Source: Malacoraja senta (taxonomy: Eukaryota). Taken from it: 61,888 bases of DNA. Location: contig JAXLNO010004393.1 of NCBI GenBank assembly GCA_038087875.1, positions 1-61,888 on the forward strand, written 5' to 3'. The notes below the pieces were generated by a model. The model made no database searches and had not been told where the DNA came from. It saw nothing but the letters and a program-made list of their open reading frames with translations. Positions 51,100 to 61,888 of the stretch are shown one piece after another. The first letter of the stretch is position 1, and every line of letters begins with the position of its first letter. The position numbers and the translations under genes were made by a program.

Positions 51100-53862
51100 A
51101 CCCCTGTCTCACGGTGCGAGTCCACCCACGAGTGATCCCGAGTTAAAAACAAATCAAACTCGTGGTAATCACGTAGAATTAACGTAGCGTGAACTCGTGG
51201 ATGTAACTTAGCGACTCGTAACACTAACGGCAGGTACTCGGGAAACTTGTTAACTCGTGAAAATTTTTCAACATGTTGAAAGATTTCCACGAGTCAAATT
51301 TACTCTTGAAGGAAAAATGTGAAACTTTTAAACTCGTTGTAATACCGTAGTAGCCAGTGAGTTTACCGTAGTGACTCGTGGGTTTGGCCTGAGTGCCAGA
51401 AGTGAAATGTTGAAGATTAGTCAGATCTTAATGGAAAATTTTACAGTGATCTAACAATTCACTGTTAAGGAGCAAAAAGCACTCACCCGGGATCTGAAAA
51501 ACAGTGGCAAAAAGAATGAACCATGCAGTGTTGGGAAAGCCGCATTGCGAGAGTTAATTAGTTCCCTTCTGAACTTTAACTTTTCACATTGAAACGGTGC
51601 CATGAATCCTTGTTAGGTTAATGCACTTTTTATGGAGAAGCAGATATATGGGATAGGTGTCCCGTCTCAGGATTTATATCTGACAAATTAACATCGGTTA
51701 TTGAAGGCTGATGCGTTTATACAGGGGATTTTCTCAGGCATCACTTTCCACCCAGTCTGTCCGCGTTAGAGAGCAATTGGTCAAAACAATGTTGTAAATG
51801 GGACGTTTTATTTTATAATTTTATAAATGGGAATTTTATAAATGTTATAAATTATAAATGGGAAGGAACTGCAGATGCAGGTTTAATCCGAAGAAGGGTC
51901 TCGACCCGAAACGTCACCTATTCCTTCTCTCCAGAGATGCCGTCTGTCCCGCTGAGTTAATCAAGCTACTTGATAAATGAATCGTTGGAAGCTCCTTCCT
52001 GGCGTGTTGCTATTCAGAGTTTTAAGTGTATTTGTACTAACCCGTGCAATATGCTTGCCAAAGATAGGAGGCGTTCAGTGGGGAAGTTCACAAAATAAGT
52101 TCACAAGTTCAAGAAGGAACTGCAGATGCTGGAAAATCGAAGGTAGACAAAAGTGGTGGAGAAACTCAGCGGGTGCGGCAGCATCTATGGAGCGAAGGAA
52201 ATAGGCAACGTTTCGGGCTGAAACCCTTCTTCAGACTGAAGAAGGGTTTCGGCCCGAAATGTTGCCTATTTCCTTCATTCCATAGATGCTGCCGCACCCG
52301 CAAATAAGTTCACAAGCTGCATTGGTAATTAAGACCAGAGTTATTTTTGTGTGTTATGAAAAATAAATTAATTTCAGGTTCTTTACATCACAAGTATTCT
52401 CCTAAAAAGTTACCCACAACTTTACATTGTAAATGGGTTGGTTTCAGTCCAGCAAAACCACATAACATAAGTCCTTAATGACATTTCTTAGAAACACAGC
52501 GAGAGAGTGTGAGATGTAGATGGGATATGACTCCAATTTTTAACTAACTCCTGTGTTCGTGTATTCTTATTTTTCCAATAAATTATGGTATCTACACCGG
52601 ATGATGGATAGTCTATCGTACAATATAGGAAAACATTCTCATATTTACAATTAAGGGACAATTGTATTCGGGTTTTTAATAAAAACTATGTTTACCTGAG
52701 TTTAAATTGAAACTTGGGCCAGGCGCTGGGAAACTCTGGGACACCACTGCTGAAGAGAACATCTGAGCTTTGACTTTCATTCAAAGGTTCGCGGGCGGGC
52801 TGGGTTGACTGTTGGGCTCTGAAAACTGTTTCCCAGGGCTGGGGTGAGTGTGAAAGGGGTGGTTTCTGGGCAGATTTGCCCAATCAGCAATGTTTTGAGC
52901 CGCTGCTTTTTATACAGTTTAAGTCGCGACGATGGGACGGCTGCTCTGATGGACATACTGGGTGAGTAGAGAGACACACACTGCTATCCCTCTGGTCTAC
53001 GGACCTTGCTGTTGGGGGAAAAAATAACCTTAATGTTCAATTTACCTAATCTTTTTGTTAGAAGTTTACCAATGTTTTGATGAGAGATAAATTAAGGGAA
53101 TAAAACAATCTTACTAGACACAAAAAGCTGGAGTGACTCAGCCAAGCCGGCAGCATCTCTGGAGAGAAGGGTCGAAACGTTTTTTTCTGTCTGAAGAAGG
53201 GACTCGACCAGAAACGTCACCCATTCCTTCTCTCCAGAAATGCTGCATGTCCCGCTGAGTTACTCCAGCATTTTGTGTCTATCTTTGGTGTAAACCAGCA
53301 TTTGCAGTTCCTCCCGACACAAAACAGCCTATGCCTTTCAATGATTGATGCCAGACCTTGAACAAATGCTGTTCAAATGGACTTTGGAATGCAATTTAGG
53401 AAGGATTGTTTCTTGAAACAAACTGCTCTAAAAGTTTGAAGGAAGGAATTGCAGATACTAGTTTAAACCAAGAATAGACACAAAATGATGGACTAACTCA
53501 GCTGGTCAGGCAGCATCTCTGGAGAAAAGAAATAGGTGAAGTTTCCGGTCGAGATCGTTCTTCAGGCTGTGTCTATTTATAGTGAAAGAAAACTGCATGA
53601 CATCATTTTTACCATGTGATGATTTTTCCACACGTCGGTAGTTGTTGTTGGCTCAAGAGTAACTCGGGAGAGGAGCTTGGTAACTCGGGAGAGGAACTTG
53701 GTACATCGCAGAAATGAGAAGTAAACGGCAAACTTAGACATACACGTGGGAACTCGTTTAAACTCGTGAACATAAACTTGGAATCTCGTAGACAACCACG
53801 AGTTAGATTTTTTCTTTCACTCGGGATCACTCGTGGGTGGACTCGCACCGTGAGACAGGGTA
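51100..53862. mobile_element. 2.76-kb non-autonomous TIR element (Harbinger-related ends)
   Basis: About 40-bp perfect TIR CCCTGTCTCACGGTGCGAGTCCACCCACGAGTGATCCCGAGT. Shares the TTCAACATGTTGAA motif with the MITEs. Confidence 0.75.
52108..52301. mobile_element. Short Penelope pLTR hairpin insertion
   Basis: 65-bp inverted arms centred on 52235, flanked by the 15-bp direct repeat AAATAAGTTCACAAG (52093-107 and 52302-16). Confidence 0.75.
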
Positions 53863-54134
53863 TTAGTGTTATTGTATTTGTATAAGTGTTGTGGAGAATG
53901 TATTGTGTTCGATTATTAGAAATTAGAGAGTGCGCATAATTTCAAGGGTCAAACTCTGTATAAATGCTGAGTGGAATTTCAGAGCAGCAGGTAACTGGGA
54001 CTGTGCTGCTCTCTTTGTGCACACGTCAATAAAGTGAGTCTGGAAAATGAATGCAAGTTGTCAGAGTCCAGTTGATCGGTGACGACAACACCAGACCTTG
54101 TCCGGTTTGTAAGCTTCCTAGTTCTCATCTGCAG

Positions 54135-54437
54135 AATTGTCTGTCTTTATCCAAAACCCCTCCACTGAAGAGATTTGGATCAACAAGACCGCTACTGTGG
54201 TGTGCGTGGTAATGGGTGCTGATCTGAGCCAGGTCCAAATCTACTGGCAAGTGAGCGGAAGGGAGAGAACTACAGGGGCTGTGACCCACCAACCAAGAGG
54301 GGAAAAGACCCAAGACAGAGTGAGCAGTAAACTCCGGAGCAGTGTGGAGGAATGGACCAGTGGGGTGGTGGTTGTGTGCTCTGCCCAACGATCTCCATCA
54401 TCCTCACCAGTGTCAGCACGGACAGAAAGTGCCAAAG
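54135..54437 (+). CDS. IgW: Duplicated CH3-like exon (CH3'), intact
   Basis: CTGCAG| LSVFIQNPSTEEIWINKTATVVC...SAK G|GTGGGC. Same length as CH3 (303 nt), 62/101 aa identical by hand count. Confidence 0.9.
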
Positions 54438-54483
54438 GTGGGCGAGAGATCGGCAATGATACGGCCAACATTAGTTACCATCA

Positions 54484-54821
54484 AGGGCCTGTCCCACTTA
54501 CGCGACTTTTTTGGTGACTGCCGGCACCCGTCATAGGTCGTTGTAGGTCGGCGAAAATTTTCAACATGTTGAAAATTCAGCGGCGACCAGAGAGACGCTA
54601 CGATTCTTTATGCGACTGAGGAGACTCACGACCATACAGGCGACACCTTGGTGACATGTCATGGGGTGAAGCCTGTATGGTCGTGAGTAGTCGCCCAAAG
54701 AGTCGTACATTGTTCTGGTTGCCGCTGATTTTTCAACATGTTGAAAATTTTCGCCAACCTGTAACGACATATGATGGGTGCCGGCAGTCGCCGAAAAAGT
54801 TGCGTATGTGGGACAGGCCCT
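54484..54821. mobile_element. Palindromic Harbinger-family MITE, second copy
   Basis: AGGGCCTGTCCCAC ... GTGGGACAGGCCCT, homologous to 43265-43605 along its length. Confidence 0.85.
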
Positions 54822-54863
54822 TGAGGAAGAGGGACTCACGTCTACTTTGCTCCTCTGTTCCAG

Positions 54864-55182
54864 TTGAAACAAAAAGACCCAAGGTCAGACTGCTGCCTCC
54901 AGCTCACCAAGAGACCAAGCGTAGCCACACAGCCACTCTCGAGTGTGTGCTCTCTGGTTTCTACCCGGACCTCACAAACGTCACTTGGGAGAAAGATGGA
55001 GCCCCGATCTCCTCAACCACCAGCGCTACACCGACTGCTCTGGAGCAGGGGGGGGACTTTCAGTGCCAGCCACTTCCTGACTGTGAGTTCGGAGGATTGG
55101 AAGAAAGGCTCAGTCTTCGGCTGTACAGTGTCTCATCCCCCCTCGAACACCAGTATCAGCCGGGAAGTGAAAAGCTTTCAAG
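54864..55182 (+). pseudogene. IgW: Duplicated CH4-like exon (CH4') with +1 frameshift in a G8 run
   Basis: 319 nt versus 318 for CH4, about 76/106 aa identical after correction. G run at 55048-55055. Both splice sites intact. Confidence 0.85.
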
Positions 55183-58100
55183 GTACGGTGCTGGGATTCA
55201 CTCTAATCATCACATCTTTTACCCCGTCACAAAATAGGGCCAGGCAAGTTTAGCACTGAAGGACAGGTGTTGTAGTGTGTGAGTGAGGGAGTGATAACCA
55301 AGAGGCCTAGACTAGAGTCAAGAAGAGTCAAGAGTGTTTTATTGTCATATGTCCCAGACGGGACAATGAATTTCTTACTTGCTGCAGGACAACATAATAT
55401 GTGAATATGTAAACATAGTGCATAACGGGGGAAGAGAAAAAAGAAAAAGTTCAATAAATAACAAATAGTGCAAATAACAAACAATATTATAATATTTAGC
55501 GGTTCAGAGCTCAGAGCTTATTTGTTGTGTTTAATAGCCTGATGGCTGTAGGGAAGAAGCTGTTCCTGTACCTGGACGTTACAGTTTTCAGGCTCCTGTA
55601 ACTTCTTCCTGATGGCAATGGTGAGATGAGTGTGCGGCCAGTATGGTGTGGGTCCTTGATGATTTTGGCTTCCTTTTTGAGGCAGCGTCTATGATAGATC
55701 CCTTCGCCGGTGGGGAGGTCAAAGCCAGCGATGAACTGGGCAGTGGTCACAACTTTTTGTAGTCTTTTTCGCTCCTGGACGTTCAAGTTGCTGAACCAGG
55801 CCACAATGCAACCAGGACCAGGGCACAATGCTAAATATTTCTGTGCTTTCACAACTTCAGTTTATTCCAAAACTCTTCAGTAGCCAGGACACTGAGAAGA
55901 CCAAGCCTGCTGTTCTTCAAAATTAGTGTCACAGGGTCAGTCCACTCATTGTTGTCGGCCCTCTGTGTGTGGCATCTCAGACTAATTGTCTTGCTGCTAA
56001 TTTGAAGAGTGGGGTCGAGTATTTGCACTTGTACAATTGTTTGTCGACACTGGAAAAGAGGTCCATCAGAAAGTCCATTGTGTGGATGGAGCTGGGTACA
56101 AGCATGTTGTCATTGGAGTGATCATGGAGTCATAGATTTATACAGGATGTTAACAGGCCCTTCGGTTCAGCTTGCCTTTGCCAACAAAGGTGCCCGATCT
56201 ACACTAGTCCCGTCTCCCCATGTTTGGCCCAAATCACTGATCATCTCATGTTCATGTGATAGGAGCAGAATTAGGCCATTCAGCCCATCAAGTCTACTCT
56301 GCCATTCAATCATGGCTGATCTATCTCTCCTTCCTAACCCCATTCTCCTGCCCTTTCCCCTTGACACCAATACTAATCAAGAATCGATCTATCTCTGCTT
56401 TATAAATACCCATTGAGTGGGCCTCCACAGCCTTCTGTGGCAATGAATTCCTCAGATTCACTACCCTGTGACTAAACAAATTCCTCCTCATCTTCCCAGA
56501 GGAACCTCCTTTAATTCTGAGGCTATGGTCCTCGACTCTCCCACCAGTGGAATCATCCTCTTTACATCCGCTCTATCCAGGCCTTTCACTATTCGTCCTG
56601 TCCATGTACCTGTCCAAATAACTTTTAAACATTGTTATAGTCTCTGCATCAACTACCTCTTCCCGCAGCACATTCCATGTACCCAGTGCCCTCTGTGTGA
56701 AAAAGTTGCCCCTCAGATTCCCATTAAATCTGTCCCTCCCTCACCTTAAACCCATGTCCTCTGGTTCTTGATTGCCCTACTCTGGGTAAAGGAGCCTGGT
56801 TGTACATCTGTGTGTCTAACCATCTCCTGCACTCTGTCAAATGTGGTTATCTCCTCTTGTGATATTGTGCCGATAGTAACAAGACCATGTTGTGGTTAGT
56901 TGAGCAGTTGCTACTCTTGAGGAAAGGGAATGTCTCTCCAGAAAGTCTCTGCTATTCAGTGTCTCGTACAGACTGGTGTTCCAGGGTTCACATCGGTGCA
57001 CATTACTCAGCCAGGGAGAGAACGTCAACTGAGAATGAAAATGGATTCCAGACCAAATCCATATCAAACATAACTTTTTGGTTAAACATAACTGGTTGCA
57101 TCATGGCTTGGTTCGGCAACTTGAACGTCCAGCAGCGGAAAAGAATGCAGAAAGTTGTGACCACTGCCCAGTCCATCATCGGCTCTGACCTCCGCACCAT
57201 CGATGGGATCTATCGCAGTCGTTGCATCAAAAAGGATGCCAACATCATCAAAGACCCCACACCATCCTGGCCACACACTCATCTCTCTGTTGCCATCGGG
57301 AAGAAGATACAGGAGCTTGAAATCTGGAACATCCAAGTTCAGGAATAGGCATTTCCCACAGCCATCAGGCCATCAAACAAACTCTGAACAATAACCGCCT
57401 ATTGCACTTTATCTGTTTATTTATTGTATATATATATATATATATGGTCTATGGTCTATAGACACACTGAACTTTTATCTCCTGTTCTGTATTATGTTTA
57501 CATATTCTGTTGTGCTGCAGCAAGCAAGCCTGCTTGAAACCTGCAGAGACCCCACGAGAGGCTACATGTGTGTTTGTGTCAATGTAACCTATCAATGTTC
57601 AATAAAGAATATACATGTAGTGTTGGTGTTGGTGTTCCCTGTTGGTGCGTTTTGGGAGGTGTTGCCAAGTTGGTGGGGAACAGGTGACCTGGATCTAAGA
57701 TTGCAAATTTGTCTTTCACTCTATACATTTCTACAGATTATGTAAATATACATGTATAAGTCTCCTCCGTCCAAAGAATAGAACATTCTGAAGGAGGGTT
57801 TCGACCCGAAACGTCACCCATTCCTTCTATCCAGAGATGCTGCATGTCCTACAGAGTTACTCCAGCATTTTGTGTCTATCTTCGGTGTAAACCAGCATCT
57901 GCAGTTCCTTCCCACACATTTCTGATGAACCTTTCTGGTCTTTGAAATGTTCAAAGCTAATGAAGAGGGAAAGGAGTTTTGATCATCTATGTGAATGCAT
58001 TTGATAAACTCATTCAGAAAGAGGAAAGTTACAGAAGGAAGGGCCAGTGATGAGCTTTGCCTTTGGAAATGTGTTCAGGGCTGAAGCTATTCACTATATT

Positions 58101-58283
58101 TATTGAAAGTTGAGATGTCGGATAGAAAGCCACACGATCAAGTTTGCTGCTCACACAAGGCAAGCAGAAGTGTCAACAGAGCATCTAGATGGTGTCCTTG
58201 CTGAGATAAGGATACATGAAGTGAATGGGCAAATCTGTGGCAAGAACCAGCTCTTTAAATGTGTGTGGACCACACCCAAATAA

Positions 58284-58962
58284 ACAATAGACAATAGGTG
58301 CAGGAGTAGGCCATTTGGCCATTCGAACCAGCGATCAATGTGATCATGGCTGATCATCCACAATCAGTACCCCATTCCTGCTCTCCCCATATCCCATGAC
58401 TCCGCTATCTTTAAGAGCCCTTTCTAGCTCTCTCTTGAAAGTATTCAGTGAACCAGCCTCCACCGCCCTCTGAAGGCAGAGAATTCCACAGACTCACAAC
58501 TTTCGGTGTGAAAAAGTGTTTCCTCGTCTCCATTCTAAATGGCTTACCAATTATTCTTAAACTGTGGCCCCTTGTTCTGGACTCACCCAACATCGGAACA
58601 TGTTTTCCTGCTCTAGCGTGTCCAAACCCTTAATAATCTTATATGTTTCAATAAGATCACCTCTCATCCTTCTAAACTCCAGAGTATACAAGCCCAACCG
58701 CTCCATTCTCTCAGCATATGACAGTCCCATCATCCTCGGGAATTTACCTTGTAACCTACGTGGCACTCCCTCAATAGCAAGAATGTCCTTCCTCAAATTA
58801 GGGACCAAAACTGCACACAATACTCCAGGTGTGGTCTCACTAGGGCCCCGTACAACTGCAGAAGGACCTCTTTGCTCCTCCTCAACACACCCTTGTTATG
58901 AAGGCCAACATGCCATTCGCTTTCTTCACTGCCTGCTGTACCTGCCTGCATGCTTACTTTCA
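58284..58962 (-). mobile_element. CR1 3' fragment
   Basis: Antisense LGLYTLEFRRMRGD motif and tail. Confidence 0.85.
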
Positions 58963-59882
58963 TGGTGCTGAATAAGAAGGCTAAAGGAAGATTTGTTTGA
59001 TGTATTCACAAAGTTAATGGGAGCAAGCTGAATAGATTATCCTGAGATGATCTATTTACACACCTCCACATTCAGGGACAGTTTCTTCCCAGATGTTCTC
59101 AGGCAACTGAATCATCCTACCACATCCAGAGGCGGTCCTGAACTACTATCTCCCTCACTGGAGACCCTCGGACTATCTTTGATCGGACTTTACTGGTTTT
59201 ACCTTGCACTAAACGTTAATCCCTTATCGTGTATGTATACACTGTGAATGACTCATTTGTAATCATGTTTTGTCTTTCCGCTGACTGGTTAGCACGCAAC
59301 AAAGCTTTTCACTGTACCTCGGTACACGTAACAATAAACTAAACTAACTAGATGAGGAGGAATTATTTTTAGTTGAGTACAGTGCTCCCTGGGTTACAAA
59401 TGATCTCCCTGATTTATGGAAATCCAACTTTTTACAAAGACCAGGGTCTAAAAGTTAGAGGCAGCCATGCTGCATGGAAGAGGGTCATGGTGTCCTGAAG
59501 AAGGGTCTCGACACAAAACCTCACCCATTCCTCTCTCTCCAGAGGTACTGTCTGTCCCACTGAGTTACTCCAGCTTTTTGTGTCTATCAGAGGCTCATGG
59601 AAGTTTGGAATTGCCTTCCACAGTTGGCATTTGATTCCAGGTCTGAAGGTGATTTTAAATCTGAGATTGCAGAGTTTGACTATACGAGATGTTAATGGAT
59701 GTGGGGGAAAGTCAGCTCAGTGGAGCTGGTGATAGATCTCCACATATCATTGAATGGTGGAACTGACACGAGCCTCCTGTCTTCCTGTCCTCCTGTTGTG
59801 TCTTCATTTTATTCACACGTTGTTGATCTTCACAAAACATCCACGGCAAACTAACTGTCTCACCTTCTCATTTGTCCTGAAG

Positions 59883-60023
59883 CCGGCACAGACTTGACAG
59901 GAGAGGAAGGGAAGGAGGAGCCGGGGGACTCTGGATGGAGATGACAATGTGCTCACAGTTGCTGCCTTCGCCATCCTGTTCATTATCAGTTTCGTCTACA
60001 GTACCTTCGTCACCGTTTTCAAG
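59883..60023 (+). CDS. IgW: IgW TM1 exon with an apparent +1 frameshift in the acidic spacer
   Basis: LDGDDNVLTVAAFAILFIISFVYSTFVTVFK|GTATGA is an Ig CART-type TM. The acceptor at 59882 gives 141 nt, one more than phase 1 needs. Confidence 0.85.
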
Positions 60024-60229
60024 GTATGATGACCAACGACAGAGATACTTGTGACCCCCACACTGTGACCGTCCATTCCTCACTACACTGTGTTCTCTGA
60101 CTCTCCAATCCTCACCATACCACGGCCAACAGATGATGCAGTCTGGGACAATAAGGGGGGGGGGTGGGGGTGTCAAATGGATAGTCAGGGACAGAGTTAA
60201 AGGGAAAGGGAGTAAAGCAATAGTTAATG

Positions 60230-61888
60230 ACCCCAGAATTACGGGAAAGAAAGCTCACAAAGGGATAGGAGTGTATGGCCAACTGTAATAGGGATCGATG
60301 TGAAAGGTGAGATGCATAAGGAATTAATAATTTTGTATATGTATGCGCGAAGTATAAAAAGTAAAGTAGATGAGCTTGAGGCTCAGTTAGAGGTTGGTAG
60401 ATATGACATTGTGGGGATTACTGAGACGTGGCTGCAGGAGGATCGGGCCTGGGAACTTAATATTCAGGGTTATACATCCCATAGAAAGGACAGGCAGGTG
60501 GGCAGAGGAGGGGGGTGGCTGCTGGTGAGGGATGGAATTCAGTCCTTGCGAGGGAAGACATTGGGACTGAAGAGGTAGAGTCACTGTGGATTGAATTGAG
60601 GAATTGCAAAGGCAAGAAGAGACTAATTGGTGTTATCTGCAGACCCCCAAATAGTAGCCCGGATGTAGGGTGTAAGTTGCAGCAGGAGTTAAAACTGGCA
60701 TGTAACAAAGGTAATGCCACTGTGGTGATGGGGGATTTCAATATGCAGGTAGACTGGGAAAATCAGGTTGGTTCAGGGACCTCAAGAAAGATAGTTTGTA
60801 GAGTGCCTCCGAGATGGATTCTTAGAGCAGCTTCTAATGGAGCTGACCAGAGAAAAGGCAATTCTGGATTTAGTGTTGTCCCAATGAACCAGATTTGAAA
60901 AGAGAAGTAGAGGTAAAGGAACCGCTTGGAGATAGTGATCATAATATGATTAGTTTAATCTGCAATTTGAGAAGCGTAGGTTAAATCGGAAGTGTCAGTG
61001 ATGCATTTGAACAAAGGGACTATGAAGCCATGAGAGAGGAGCTGGCCAAGGTAGCACTGGAAAGGGATCCTAGCAAGGAATGACGGTGGAACAACAATGG
61101 CAGGAATTTCTGGGCATAATCTGGAAGACGCGGGATCATTTCATTCCAAACAGGAAGAAAGATTCTAAGGGGAGTAGGAGGCAACCGTGGCTGACAAGAG
61201 AAGTTAGGGATAGAATAAAACTAAAAGAAAAGATGTATAATACAGCAAATAGTAGCCGGAAGCCAGAGGATTGGGAAACTTCCATAGGACAACAGAAGGA
61301 AAAATTCGGGCTGAAAAGATGAAGTACGAGGGGAAGCTGGCCAGGTATGAAAGAAGGACAGTAAAAGCTTCTTTAATATGTTAAGGGAAAAAGAATAGCA
61401 AAGTCAAATGTGGGTTCTTTGAAGGCAGACACGGGTGAAATTATGTTCAAGAAGGAACTGCAGATGCTGCAAAATCGAAGGTAGACAAAAATGCTGGAGA
61501 AACTCAGCGGGTGCGGCTGCATCTATGGAGCGAAGGAAATAGGCAATGTTTCAGGCTGAAACCCTTCTTCAGACGTCTACCTACGGGAGAAATTATTATG
61601 GGGAACAATGAAATGGCAGAAGAGTTGAATAGGTACTTCGGATCTGTCTTCACTACGCCAGTGGATGTAGTGTATCTAGACTTTCAGAAAGCCTTTGATG
61701 AGGTCCCGCACGGGAGACTGGTGACTTAAAATTAGAGCACATGGTATTGGGGGTAGGGTGTTGACATGGATAGAAAATTGTTTGGCAGACAGGAAGCAAA
61801 GAGTAGGAGTGTATGGATCCTTTTCAGAATGGCAGGCAGTGGCGAGTGGAGTGCCGCAAGGCTCTCTGTTGGGGCCCGCAACTGTTTA
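60230..61888 (+). mobile_element. CR1 ORF2 remnant (APE endonuclease and part of RT), running off the window
   Basis: YARSIKSKVDEL, VGITETWL, MGDFN and SDHN motifs. Internal deletion, and a Penelope pLTR insert at about 61449-61572. Confidence 0.88.

Noticed and set aside
55163-55172. Ets-IRF composite motif GGAAGTGAAA
   Set aside because: Lies within CH4' codons (REVK); no independent support.
55861-56010. Possible secretory exon after CH4' (VYSKTLQ* or a 41-aa frame)
   Set aside because: No Cys/sequon tail pattern, no poly(A) signal seen, and such short frames are expected by chance.

Overview
Cartilaginous-fish (probably skate/batoid) genomic DNA, mostly nested transposon debris, with one immunoglobulin heavy-chain minilocus of the IgW (IgX) class on the + strand at about 30.3-60.0 kb. 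The order is TATA, leader, VH, D1, D2, JH in unrearranged germline form (RSS spacers 23 / 12-22 / 12-12 / 23), then CH1, CH2, a Cys-rich short secretory exon, CH3, CH4, CH5, and CH6 with its secretory tailpiece. A second, diverged CH3-CH4 pair and the TM1 exon follow. The secretory arm is intact. CH6 lacks the usual cryptic donor, and the membrane arm carries two +1 frameshifts, one in a G8 run and one probably in a G5 run (assembly error or real). Two further candidate exons lie between CH2 and CH3, and the J-C intron holds an inverted Smu-like AGCT/TGGGG repeat. Upstream are a near full-length DIRS1-type tyrosine-recombinase retrotransposon whose ITR/ICR and ATT crossover can be read exactly, a four-level transposon nest, many CR1 and Rex1/Babar LINE fragments, V-SINEs, Harbinger/hAT/pogo-type elements, and Penelope pLTR remnants with hammerhead-like cores. 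There is one 186-N assembly gap. All coordinates were counted by hand; repeat boundaries are approximate and no database searches were run.
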